A stretch of 64,000 bases of DNA from Macrostomum hystrix (taxonomy: Eukaryota; Animalia; Platyhelminthes). Location: assembly GCA_950097015.1 (NCBI GenBank), contig CATNEN010000005.1, forward strand, positions 1,364,001-1,428,000. The letters are read 5' to 3'. Position numbers and translations under genes: made by a program. The notes beneath the pieces were generated by a model. The model did not search any database, was not told where the DNA came from, and was given only the letters and a program-made list of their open reading frames with translations. How positions within the stretch are numbered: position 1 is the stretch's first letter; every line of letters begins with the position of its first letter. Shown piece by piece: positions 1-10,741 of the stretch.

Positions 1-333
1 GGCAGCAGCGCCAGTACGTCCAGAAAGTCGCCTTGCTAGTCATTGACGAGATTCACCTCCTAGGCGAGGACCGAGGCCCGGTACTAGAAGTGATCGTGTC
101 AAGAACTAATTTCATCTGTTCTCACACTAAGCGACCAGTTCGAGTTGTCGGCCTGAGCACAGCACTGGCCAATGCTCAAGATCTTGCTGATTGGCTAGGC
201 ATCAAAGAGTCCCTGGGCATGTACAATTTCAGGCCCAGTGTACGTCCGGTGCCACTGGAAGTGCACATCCAGGGCTATCCGGGTAGGCACTACTGCCCCA
301 GAATGGCGTCTATGAATAAGCCCGCGTTTCAAG
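1..333 (+). CDS. ASCC3: ASCC3 (Ski2-like helicase) exon, second helicase cassette DEIH motif; starts before the window
   Basis: Reads [34 protein letters not shown]...[14 protein letters not shown]...MNKPAFQ; phase-1 donor G|GTTGGT at 333/334. Confidence 0.95.
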
Positions 334-409
334 GTTGGTTCTTGTCCTGCTGATTTCCTGCTTCTAGTGTACTATGGAGTGCCGGGGTGACGATAGCTTT
401 ATCCAAGCG

Positions 410-696
410 ATCATGCAGTCACTTAGTCAGTCATGCAGTCATTTAGTCAATCATGTACAGTTATTAAGTCGGTGATACAGTTATTTAGTTGGTCATACAG
501 TCATTTAGTCGGTCATACAGTCATTTAGTCGGTCATATAGTCATTTAGTCGGTCATGCAATCATTCAGTCGGTCATACAGTCATTTAGTCGGTCATATAG
601 TCATTTAGTCGGTCATATAGTCATTTAGTCGGTCATACAGTCATTTAGTCGGTCATACAGTCATTTAGTCGGTCATATAGTTATTTAGTCGGTCAT
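410..696. repeat. 20-bp minisatellite (CAGTCATTTAGTCGGTCATA)
   Basis: Tandem units in ASCC3 intron 1. Confidence 0.9.
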
Positions 697-816
697 AAAT
701 CAAACCTATAATTATTTTGAGCCACAGTAAGTTCATAGTTGAAGAATCTGAGCCACAATCTACTCACACAAGTAGTGTATTACTAATATTCAATCGCATG
801 ACACTCCCATAAACAG

Positions 817-1097
817 CCATTCGTCAGCATTCGCCTGCCAAGCCGGTGCTAATCTTCGTATCTAGCCGGCGGCAGACACGCCTGACAGCCCTGGATCTCA
901 TCGCCTACCTAGCCGGTGAAGACGACCCTAAACAGTGGCTGCACATGGAGGAGGCGGAATCGGCCCTGCTAATAGACATGGCCAGAGATCCCAATCTGAA
1001 GCTGACTCTGGCCTTCGGCATCGGTCTGCATCACGCTGGCTTGCACGAACGCGATAGGCGAATCGTTGAGGAACTGTACGCCTGCCAGAAGATTCAG
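817..1097 (+). CDS. ASCC3: ASCC3 exon (RecA2: KPVLIFVSSRRQTRLTA, GIGLHHAGL)
   Basis: Acceptor AAACAG|CC at 816/817 restores AFQ-A-IRQHSPAKPVLIF; donor CAG|GTCGGT at 1097/1098. Confidence 0.95.
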
Positions 1098-1139
1098 GTC
1101 GGTGTAAAATCAGAAATTTGTGTGTCTTATTGATCTTCA

Positions 1140-1250
1140 AGTGCTCAGATCCCATTATTACCTGTATTTCAGATCACATTACTAACTATATTTCAGATCC
1201 CATTATTACCTGTATTTCAGATCCCAATATTACCTGTTTTCAGATCCCAA
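1140..1250. repeat. ~24-bp minisatellite (CAGATCCCATTATTACCTGTATTT), left part
   Basis: Same unit resumes at 5778; the array is split by the LTR element. Confidence 0.9.
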
Positions 1251-1434
1251 TAAGGCAGAGAGACTGCGACTTAGAGTTGACGAAGATTTACAGCGATTTA
1301 TTTATTGACTCACGAGTTAAATAGCAATCAGTGCCAAGGTGTAAAAGTGAGAGAGAAAGGCATGCACGCGGTTGATGTACATTAGACACCCAGAGAAGTG
1401 AACGCATATGTACGATGCATTGCCACACACTACA
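1251..1434 (-). repeat. 3' LTR (184 bp; outer 7 bp missing)
   Basis: Matches 5594-5777 base for base; lacks the TGTGGAC seen at 5587-5593. Confidence 0.93.
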
Positions 1435-1443
1435 ATCCTCCCA
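1435..1443 (-). promoter_or_regulatory. Polypurine tract
   Basis: Minus strand GTGGGAGGAT directly precedes the TGTAG start of the 3' LTR. Confidence 0.7.
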
Positions 1444-1576
1444 CGCAAAGAAAAGAGAAGACTCGAAGGAAATAAATAAATTCAAAAAGAATAAAAACGC
1501 AGCAAGTGATTGGTGCAACTTAAGCAATATTAAGACAGTCAATGAATGAGTTCAGCGCAGCCATTTAATCAAAAGT

Positions 1577-4500
1577 TCAACCCGGCACATATCGATCAAC
1601 CGGCATCCGCCTCCGCACCGGGTAGCGCCTCTGGGGCAGCTCGTCCGCAGCGTCTCCGCCGCCGTGCAGCTCGTGCGCGAAGGGCGGCTGCTCGAAACGC
1701 TCGACGTCGGGTGCCGGCAGGAACAGCGGCCGAACGCGGTTTACGTTCACTCTGCGCGTCTTGCCATTCTTGCCGATCTCGACCACCAGATTGCGCTGGG
1801 ACAGCACCCGCCAGCCGGGGTCCCAATACGGCGCCAGCTTGGAGCCCCTCAGCTCGATGCGCAGCAGCACCTCGTCGCCCTGGCCGAATCTGCGCAGCTG
1901 CCCGGCTGACCTGTTGTAGTCGCTCTGCTGCTCGCCAGCCGCCTGCACCAGGTGCTCCTCGACAAGGGTCACGCCCGGTGAAGACCTTCAGCGGTGGCAG
2001 TCGCGTTGAGCAGTGCACTCGCGAGTTGTAGGACAGCAGGATCAGCGGCAGCTTGTCCTCCCACTCGCTCTCTCGCTCGGTGAAGCACCTGAGTAGTTGC
2101 AGCACGGACTTGTTTCCCGACTCGGCCAGTCCGTTTCCTTTCGGATTGTACGCTGTGGTTCTTGTCTTGGTGACTCCCAGACCGCGCAGAGTGTCTTGAA
2201 AGAGCTGGCTCTCGAAATTCGGGCCTTGGTCCGAGTGGATGACTCGAAGCAGTCCAGCCTGGGAGCAGATTGAAAGGAAGGCGCGAGCCGTAGTCTGGGC
2301 CGTCTGGTCTGGTAACGCTACAGCCGTCAGGTACTTGGAAAATTGGTCCTGAGCTACCAGCAGGTAATGGTTGCCGCGTGATGATGGTGCCACCTTGAAG
2401 ATGTCGATGGCCACCGAGTCCCATGGCGATCCGATAGGCAGCTCTCCGAGTGGCGCCTTGGGCTGCGAGCCTGCCTTCTTCTCCTGGCAGACGGCGCAGC
2501 TCTGGCAGTGCTGCAGGACATCCTCAGCCATGCCCGGCCAGTAGGCAGTCAGCTTGAGCGTGCGGTAGCATTTCTCGGCACCGAAGTGGCCTCCCAGACC
2601 TTCGTGAGCGTCTGCTAGGAACTGGTGTCGTAGAAATGCCGGCACCACTGGAACTTCCCTCAGTCCGTCCAGGTCGTTGAACTTGCGGGAGAGAACTCCG
2701 TCATCATTCAGCTTCAGCTTCCTCCAGATTCTGCTCAGCTGCTGCAGCGGTCCTGAACGCCATCTTGGAGGCACGTCTGGCTCGTTGACGATCGCTTGAA
2801 TCACCTGACTAAGCTCTGGATCTTGCCGCTGAGCAGTTTTGAGCTCTTCCGAGCCGATTTCTGCTGTCAGTTGAGTCGCTGCAATTTCCGGGGCGTGCAG
2901 CCTGGACAGCGCGTCGGCATCAGAATTCTCCACACCTCTGCGGTACTTGACGGTGAAGTCGAACTCTTGGAGCAGCAGCCGCCAGCGACCCAGCCTACCA
3001 TAGCTATCGATTCTCTGGGAATCGATGTAGGTGAGCGGGCAGTGATCCGTGTGCACCGTGAAATGCTTGCCAAGCAAGTAATGCCGGAAGACTTTGAAAG
3101 CGTGCAGGATGGCCAGACACTCCTTCTCTGTTGCCGAGTACTTTTTCTCCGCCGAGTTGAACGCCCTGCTCGAAAACTCGATCACTGCATCGCCTTGCTT
3201 CAGGATTGCACCGACCCCACTGCCGCTGGCATCCGTGAAGACAGCGAACTCCTTGGAAAAGTCCGGGTTCACCAGGATCGGAGGACTCATCAGGCAGATC
3301 TTGAGCTCGTCGAAGGCAGCTTGGCACTCTGCAGTCCACTCAAACGCCACGCCCTTGCCAGTCAGGTGGTGAAGTGGTGCAGCGATGGCAGCGAAGTTGG
3401 CGACATGGCGGCGGTACTGGTTGCACAGGCCGATAAACTGGCGGATCTCCTTGACTGACCTCGGCTCCTTCCACTGCTGAATCGCTTCCAGCTTCTCTTT
3501 GCTTGGCTGAGCTCCCTCCTTTGAATAGCGCATGCCGAGGAAAGTCACTTCAGGCACCGCGATCTTGCACTTGGAGCCTCTCAGTGTCAGTCCGGCTGCT
3601 CGGACACGCTGAAGTGCCTCTCGCAGTTGCAGCAGATGCTCCTTCCTGGTCTTTGAGAAGCACAGGCTGTCATCGAAAAACGTGAAGACGAAGTCACAGC
3701 CATTGAAAACTTTGGACATAAGCATGCAGAACGTGCTGGGGCCACCTGACAGGCCTTGAGGCATTCTCTTAAATTGGTATAGCGGCATCCCTGGTCCAGG
3801 GCTAAAGGCCGTCTTCTGTCTGTCTTCTTCAGCCAGAGGGATCTGAAAGTAACCTCCATTGAGATCCAGCACTGAGAACACCGTGCTGCCCGCTATTCGA
3901 TCTCGTGCCTCCTCCATTAGCGGAATTCCTTGCGCCGACCGAATCGTCTTCTTGTTGAGCTCTCTGTAGTCGATGGTCAGCCGCAGACTGCCGTCCTTCT
4001 TGGTCACGTACACCGGTGGAGCCACGTACGGACTCTCGCTCAGTTCGATCACGTCGTTCTCCAGCAGCTCCTGAATCAGCAGCTCCGCCTTCTCCCGGTA
4101 GTGCACGGGCATTCGGCGCGGTGGGACACGAACTGGCACCTCATCAGCGAGAACAATTCGATGCTGCTGGAGGTGCGTAAGTCCCGGCTTCTTCTTGAAC
4201 ACGTCCTTGAACTCCATCAGCAGTCGCTGAACTTCGGGGTCATCGGTGGTTGGCAGCTCAAAATCCACGCAGCTGAACTCGGGCACAAGAGCATCCTCGA
4301 TGTCAACTTGGTCGTCCGTCTCACTCTGGAACCTTGCACTGCAGATACGACCAGCAGCTGCAGGGTTGGCCTTGAAGTCCAGCTGCAAACGGTGCTTGCC
4401 GATGAAGTCGATCCCGACGATGACAGGACAAACCAAATCGGACACCACGTAGAACAAATGCAGCGCTGTCACTTTCCCGACTGTGAGCGGCAACTCGATC

Positions 4501-4811
4501 TGCCACTCGATGCTGATTGGCTGCTTGTTCACCGAGTGCAGCTGCACTCCGGCTGAAGTTGCGCGGCTGAGCTGCGATTTCGTCAGAATGCTGGAGTCGA
4601 CCAGTGAGCACTGGCTGCCGGTGTCTAAAAGCGCCTTTACACTTCTACCATCAAGCTTGCACTCAAACTGCGAAAGTCGGTCGGGCGTAACGCTGCATCC
4701 ACTGAAGACCCCGCCGACTGCGAGCGCTGGCCCCGGAACCTGCGCTGGTGAACCCGCAGTTACTGCTGGCCGAGGTGGCGGGCCCGCCCACCCCAGCCTC
4801 TGGCGTTTCCC
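1577..4811 (-). CDS. pol: Pol (protease, RT, RNase H, integrase) in the -1 frame; integrase C-terminus disrupted near 1965
   Basis: The frame is open from the slippery site through LLDTGS (4617-4628), RT (LDLNGGYFQI, MPQGL, FFDD), RH (VFTDAS, TDHCPL) and IN (HEGLGGH...CQSC, AID, HSDQG). The true IN tail (KLAPYW...RRYPVRRR) is in another frame, 1972-1577. Confidence 0.93.
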
Positions 4812-5572
4812 GACTGCTGCCGCCGGCTGTAGCAGTCCTTGGCGATGTGGCCGGTTTTGTGGCAGTTGTAGCAGACGATATCGGATCTCGGTCGGTGTGG
4901 CCTTGCTGTACTGCTGCTTCTCACTCCACAGGCTGCCAGCTGCTCCAGCTGGGTGCTCAATGTACTCACTGAGGCCTGCAGACTCTGCACTGTGTCCCGC
5001 AGCTCCTGTACTTCGCTGGACTGGCTCTGCCGAGGCTGTACCGCAACTGCTTGCGTTGCTGCTGAATTGTGCTGCATCAGTAGCTGAGCCTTTTCAAGCG
5101 CTTGCACTGAGGTCTTGATGTTGGTGTCTGCTCGAATCTGCCAGCCCACGGAGTCTGGCAGGCCACAGATAAACTGATGAAACAGCAGGGCTTCTCGAGC
5201 ATCCACATCGACCACGGCAGAGCTCTGCAGCAGTTTCTTCAACTCGTACAGGTACATGCGTGGAGTCTCACTTGCCAAAATTCTCCTCGCCTTGAACGCC
5301 TCCATGACGGCGAAGTGCTCTCGGTCCGGGTGGAAAGCATTCTCCAGTGCTCCAGTAACTTTGCCGAATTCTGCCTGATCGGCTGCAGACAGTTCCAAAT
5401 AGACGACAAGGGCTTCGCCGTCTAGAAAAGTTGCCAGTCGCTCCGCCTTGCAAGCGTCCCACTTGTTCACTTTGGCACAAACTTCAAAACGCTGCAGCCA
5501 TTCTTTAAAGTTGCCTGCACTGAATACTCTGGGCAGCGCTGCACTAGCTTTCTCAGCCCTTGTGGAAACCAC
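4760..5572 (-). CDS. gag: Gag (capsid-like region plus CCHC zinc knuckle); no AUG before codon 90
   Basis: PRVFSAGNFKEWLQRFE N-terminal motif and CYNCHKTGHIAKDC knuckle; stop TAA at 4762-4760. Confidence 0.9.
   Translation of the reverse strand: MVSTRAEKASAALPRVFSAGNFKEWLQRFEVCAKVNKWDACKAERLATFLDGEALVVYLELSAADQAEFGKVTGALENAFHPDREHFAVMEAFKARRILASETPRMYLYELKKLLQSSAVVDVDAREALLFHQFICGLPDSVGWQIRADTNIKTSVQALEKAQLLMQHNSAATQAVAVQPRQSQSSEVQELRDTVQSLQASVSTLSTQLEQLAACGVRSSSTARPHRPRSDIVCYNCHKTGHIAKDCYSRRQQSGNARGWGGRARHLGQQ
4768..4811 (-). promoter_or_regulatory. -1 programmed ribosomal frameshift signal
   Basis: G GGA AAC heptamer (4811-4805) in the gag frame, 6-nt spacer, then a GC-rich hairpin at 4798-4768. 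Confidence 0.85.
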
Positions 5573-5584
5573 GCTCTGCTACCA
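5565..5584 (-). promoter_or_regulatory. Primer binding site complementary to the initiator tRNA-Met 3' end
   Basis: Plus strand GAAACCACGCTCTGCTACCA resembles eukaryotic tRNAi-Met 3' ends (GAAACCnnnCTCTGCTACCA); lies 2 nt inside the LTR. Confidence 0.85.
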
Positions 5585-5586
5585 CT

Positions 5587-5777
5587 TGTGGACTAAGGCA
5601 GAGAGACTGCGACTTAGAGTTGACGAAGATTTACAGCGATTTATTTATTGACTCACGAGTTAAATAGCAATCAGTGCCAAGGTGTAAAAGTGAGAGAGAA
5701 AGGCATGCACGCGGTTGATGTACATTAGACACCCAGAGAAGTGAACGCATATGTACGATGCATTGCCACACACTACA
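5587..5777 (-). repeat. 5' LTR (191 bp, TGT...ACA on the minus strand)
   Basis: Minus strand TGTAGTG...AGTCCACA, followed after 2 nt by the PBS; contains AATAAA on the minus strand. Confidence 0.93.
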
Positions 5778-6310
5778 ATATTACCTGTTTTCAGATCCCA
5801 ATATTACCTGTATTTCAGATCCCATTATTACCTATTTTTCAGATCCCATTATTACCTATTTTTTCAGATCCCATTATTACCTATTTTTCAGATCCCATTA
5901 TTACCTATTTTTTCAGATCCCATTATTACCTGTTTTCAGATCCCATTATTACCTGTTTTCAGATCCCAATATTACCTGTATTTCAGATCCCATTATTAAC
6001 TGTATTTCAGATCCCATTAATACATATTTTTCAGATCCCATTATTACCTTTTTTCAGATCCCATTATTACCTGTTTTCAGATCCCAATATTACCTGTATT
6101 TCAGATCCCATTATTATCTGTTTTCAGATCCCAATATTACCTGTATTTCAGATCCCATTATTATCTGTTTTCAGATCCCAATATTACCTGTATTTCAGAT
6201 CCCAATATTACCTGTATTTCAGATCCCATTATTACCTGTTTTCAGATCCCATTATTACCTGTATTTCAGATACCATTATTTTCTGTTTTCAGATCCCATT
6301 ATTACCAGTC
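5778..6310. repeat. ~24-bp minisatellite, right part
   Basis: Continuation of the 1140-1250 array. Confidence 0.9.
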
Positions 6311-6412
6311 TTTTCTTGTTTTATATCCCATTAACAGCTGTATTACTGTCGCATTGTAAGTGTATGTATGCCATTTAAATAGGCTATCACCATGGTAATC
6401 CCATTCCACCAG

Positions 6413-6895
6413 GTGCTAATCGCCACCAGCACTGTAGCCTGGGGCGTGAATTTCCCGTCCCACCTGGTGATCATCAAAGGTACAGAATATTTCGACGGCA
6501 AAACTAAGCATTACGTGGATTATCCCATCACTGACGTGCTGCAGATGATGGGCCGTGCTGGCCGACCGCAGTTCGACACCCAGGGCAAGGCCGTTGTCAT
6601 GGTGCACGACGCTAAAAAGCATTTCTATAAACGATTTCTTTACGAACCATTTCCGGTTGAGTCTAGCCTACTAGGCGTCCTTAGCGACCACCTCAACGCC
6701 GAGATTGTCGCCGGCACCATCGCCAGCAAGCAGGACGCAATGGATTATCTAACTTGGACCTATTTCTTTCGTCGAGTTACCGTTAATCCGTCCTATTACG
6801 GCTTGGAGTCCACTGATCACGCGGCGCTGAATGCTTTTTTGTCGCGACTGGTTGAAAAATGCTGCCAAGAACTCCTGACTTCAGCCTGCTTGGAG
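6413..6895 (+). CDS. ASCC3: ASCC3 exon (helicase C-terminal, QMMGRAGRPQFD, winged helix)
   Basis: Acceptor CCACCAG|GTGCTA; VLIATSTVAWGVNFP and QMMGRAGRPQFD motifs; donor GAG|GTAGGA. Confidence 0.95.
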
Positions 6896-6989
6896 GTAGG
6901 AATCATATTGCTTCTGACTAGATTGTTATTTTAAACTAGTGTCACTTTTATGTGCTGAAATATACTACTACTTTGTGCTCTACATGAAA

Positions 6990-7207
6990 TCTGCCCTAAT
7001 TGGGCCAGATGGACTCAAGGGGGCGCCACCCCCACCCTCCATTAACCCAGCTAATTCTGGTACCCATTTAACCCATTTAACAGCTGGGTGAACTGAAGTA
7101 ATTCAGTGTAACTGTCTTTTTTAAAGGTCACAAATTGTTCCTGTAGAGTCGGGAATCGAACCCCTGACTCCACAGGTCGGGATTCCAATGATCTAACAAC
7201 TAGGCTA
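6990..7207 (-). mobile_element. tRNA-derived SINE copy 1 (ASCC3 intron 3)
   Basis: Minus strand box A-like TAGCCTAGTTGTTAGA, box B GGTTCGATTCCC, and core TTCAGTTCACCCAGCTG shared with copies 2 and 3. Confidence 0.75.
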
Positions 7208-7239
7208 CAACCTTACAATTCTAGAATGCATAGTGTCTG

Positions 7240-7695
7240 TATCTACACACACTGTACACCCCCGATATACAATAGTACACACACTGTACACCCCCGATAT
7301 ACAATAGTACACACACTGTACACCCCCGATATACAATAGTACACACACTGTACACCCCCCGATATACAATATGTGCACAGACTGTACATCCCGATCTACA
7401 TTATGTGCATAGACTGTACATCCCGATCTACAATATGTGCACAGACTGTACATCCCGATCTACAATATGTGCACAGACTGTACATCCCGATCTACAATAT
7501 GTGCACAGACTGTACACCCCCGATATACAATATGTGCACAGACTGTACATCACGATCTACAATATGTGCACAGACTGTACATCCCGATCTACAATATGTG
7601 CACAGACTGTACATCCCGATCTACAATATGTGCACAGACTGTACACCCCCGATATACAATATGTACACAGAATGTACACCCTGATGTACAATATT
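7240..7695. repeat. ~32-bp minisatellite (ACTGTACATCCCGATCTACAATATGTGCACAG)
   Basis: Tandem units in ASCC3 intron 3. Confidence 0.9.
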
Positions 7696-7788
7696 ACCTA
7701 CTCTAAACTAACTCACGCTGTTGGCCCACACAATCTTATCACCTTGTACACCCTGTACACCCTGTACACCCTGTACACTCGCCATCAG

Positions 7789-8312
7789 GTGGATCAGGAC
7801 GGCATCTCACTGGCGCCCACTGTACCAGGCCGAATAGCCGCCTTCTATTACCTGTCGCATCTGACTGTGAAACACTTCAAAGCCAATCTAAAGATGGACG
7901 CCACAGTGCCGGATCTCTTAACCGCACTAACCGATTGCGCTGAATTTGCCGAACTACCGGTTCGTCACAATGAGGACCAGTTAAATGCCGAGCTCAATAA
8001 TCTTTGCCGAATTCGCCAGCCGGCTAACACTGTGGACTCATCCCATTGCAAGGCTCACCTACTGTTGCAGGCTCATTTCTCGCGTTTAGTTATGCCCATT
8101 GCTGATTATGGCACCGATTTGAAATCTGTACTAGATCAGGCTATTCGAATAGTCCAGGCTATGATTGACATGTGCGCCGATGCCGGCTGGCTATCCGTGT
8201 GCCTGAGGGCAGCCCAGCTCATCCAGATGCTCGTGCAGGCTCGCTGGTACGACGACGATCCGCTAATTACTTTACCCGGCCTGGAGTCTTATCATCTGCC
8301 GGCTTTGAGACA
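7789..8312 (+). CDS. ASCC3: ASCC3 exon (second Sec63 domain, N-terminal part)
   Basis: Acceptor CATCAG|GTGGAT; GRIAAFYYL, ELPVRHNED and KAHLLLQAHFSR motifs; donor CA|GTGAGT (phase 2). Confidence 0.93.
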
Positions 8313-8489
8313 GTGAGTCTGCTTCTTCTGATTCTAAAATAGGAGCTGAAATTAATGGATGTTGTTTGTAGTAGTCAGGAGATTGTCAGAGGGGTGAGTA
8401 CTTTGTAAAATAGGTAGATCGATTTTCAAATAATTAGAGTGGATTGTCAAAGAGATTAATATTTTTAGAGGGGTAGATACATTTTCAAA

Positions 8490-8730
8490 TGGGTAGGAAG
8501 ATTGTCAGACAGGTAGGTAGGTTATCAGATAGGTACGAGTATGTTGTCAGAGGTAGGTTGGCTGTCAGACAGGTAGGTTGGCTGTCAGACAGGTAGGTAG
8601 GCTGTCAGACAGGTAGGTAGGCTGTCAGACAGGTAGGTAGGCTGTCAGACAGGTAGGTTGGCTGTCAGACAGGTAGGTAGGCTGTCAGACAGGTAGGTTG
8701 GCTGTCAGACAGGTAGGTTGGCTGTCTGAG
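8490..8730. repeat. 20-bp minisatellite (GGCTGTCAGACAGGTAGGTA)
   Basis: Tandem units in the last ASCC3 intron. Confidence 0.9.
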
Positions 8731-8768
8731 AGTTGATTAGATTGACAAGAATGCTAGCAGGCAGTGAG

Positions 8769-9429
8769 TTGTTCAGACCCGCCGACTCCCCTCCCCCCGC
8801 CAAGGCTGAGCAGCCCCAGCAACCGCCTGGACACCCTGCCCGGCCTCTTGCACGCCCCTCGCCCGTTGGCCGAGAGAGCGATTCGCGAAGCTATGGGCGG
8901 GCGTCACGCAGAGTCGGATCGCTGTCTCGCAGCCCTGGCCGCTATGCCCCGGCTTCGCTGCCATCTAGCCCTGTGCCGCCTGGCTCAGCAGCCACAGTCA
9001 GACGCTGATGATGACGACGGAGAGACTAAAGACAGTCAGCGCGTTGACGAGCCTGCAGCCGCCGACAGTAAGGTGGCCATTCCGTTGAACAGCACCGATT
9101 GGATCAGGGTTGAACGAGACGCTGAGTATTGTTTGCATCTGCGGCTAGTCAAGAATTCTTACGGCCGGCAGCCGGGCGACACTCGAGCTCAGGCTGCTCG
9201 ATTTCCTAAGGCCAAAGATGAGGGCCTCATACTGGCTCTGGGTCACGCTGAATGCGACGAAGTTCTGGCTTTGAAACGCGTCCCAGCCATGCGTCAGCGA
9301 GTGACCAACACTTCGCTGGTGTTCCTGACTCCAGAGGAACCCGGCCGTGTGCTGTACTATCTGTACGTCATGTCCGACGCCTACATTGGCCTAGATCAGC
9401 AATACCAGCTGCGACTGGATGTGGCTTAA
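8769..9429 (+). CDS. ASCC3: ASCC3 terminal exon (Sec63 Ig-like part); exact acceptor uncertain (8758-8777)
   Basis: RFPKAKDEG, EVLALKRV, LVFLTPEEPGR and LYVMSDAYIGLDQQY match the ASCC3 C-terminus; stop TAA 9427-9429. The frame is closed by TAG at 8755-8757. Confidence 0.88.
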
Positions 9430-9559
9430 CTTAGCGGCTAATTTAAAGCCTTTCTAAAAATACTTTACTGTCTGGATAGCCACCTCGACTCGCGTTCCCT
9501 GTTCGGTGTGCATATGAGCTGTTTTGATTTCAGGCAGAGGGATATTTCTACCAATATTG

Positions 9560-10500
9560 GTAGACAGATTGGTAGATAGATTGGTAGATAGATTGGTAGA
9601 ATGTCAGATAGATTGGTAGAATGTCAGATAGATTGGTAGAATGTCAGATAGATTGGTAGAAAGTCAGGTAGATTGGTAGAAAGTCAGGTAGATTGGTAGA
9701 AAGTCAGGTAGGTTTGTAGAAAGTCAGGTAGGTTTGTAGAAAGTCAGGTAGGTTTGTAGAAAGTCAGGTAGGTTTGTAGAAAGTCAGGTAGGTTTGTAGA
9801 AAGTCAGGTAGGTTTGTAGAAAGTCAGGTAGGTTTGTAGAATGTCAGATAGACTGGTAGAATTTCAGGTAGATTAATAGAATGTCAGACAGATTGGTAGA
9901 ATGTCAGATAGATTGGTAGAATGTCAGATAGACTGGTAGAATTTCAGGTAGATTGGTAGAATGTCAGATAGACTGGTAGAATTTCAGGTAGATTGGTAGA
10001 ATGTCAGATAGACTGGTAGAATGTCAGATAAATTGGTAGAATGTCAGGTAGATTGGTACATAGATTGGTAGAATGTCAGATAGACTGGTAGAATGTCAGA
10101 TAGATTGGTAGAATGTCAGACAGATTGGTAGAATGTCAGATAGATTGGTAGAATGTCAGATAGATTTGTAGAATGTCAGATAGATTTGTAGAATGTCAGA
10201 TAGACTGGTAGAATTTCAGGTAGATTGGTAGAATGTCAGATAAATTGGTAGAATGTCAGGTAGATTGGTACATAGATCGGTAGAATGTCAGATAGACTGG
10301 TAGAATGTCAGATAAATTGGTAGAATGTCAGGTAGATTGGTACATAGATTGGTAGAATGTCAGATAGATTGGTACATAGATTGGTAGAATGTCAGATAGA
10401 CTGATAGAAATTTCAAATAGACTGGTAGAATGTCATAAATTGGTAGAATGTCAGATAGATTGGTAGAATGTCAGAGAGATTGGTAGAATGTCTGAAAGTA
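9560..10500. repeat. 20-bp minisatellite (GTAGAATGTCAGATAGATTG)
   Basis: Tandem units downstream of the ASCC3 stop codon. Confidence 0.92.
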
Positions 10501-10741
10501 GGTTTTATTTTGCCAATTGTTAATGGACTGCTGCTAATAGTGAATCCGTTATTCCAATTCTTTTTCCTAAATTGCAATGTATTTTGTTGCTGAAAAAAGT
10601 TAAATCAGATAAGTGAAAACTTTATTTCAGAATAAAATAATACGATTATAGAATATTAAATCCAATTATTCGTTGGCATATCAATTGCTCTTATAAGCAA
10701 ATGTAGGTGTCTGCGTTTTGGCCTTGAAATTTATTTTTTTC

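Larger units (their letters stand above)
1251..5777 (-). mobile_element. Ty3/gypsy LTR retrotransposon inserted antisense in ASCC3 intron 2
   Basis: Direct terminal repeats 1251-1434 and 5594-5777 are identical by eye; gag with CCHC knuckle; domain order PR-RT-RH-IN; PBS and PPT present. Confidence 0.97.

Noticed and set aside
1435-1600. env-like third ORF in the retrotransposon
   Set aside because: Only about 140 bp separate the integrase tail from the PPT; ORF 1577-1972 is the displaced integrase C-terminus.
1-9429. Functional link between ASCC3 (ribosome-collision rescue) and the frameshifting element in its intron
   Set aside because: Nothing in the sequence supports it. Antisense intronic insertion is the usual tolerated configuration.
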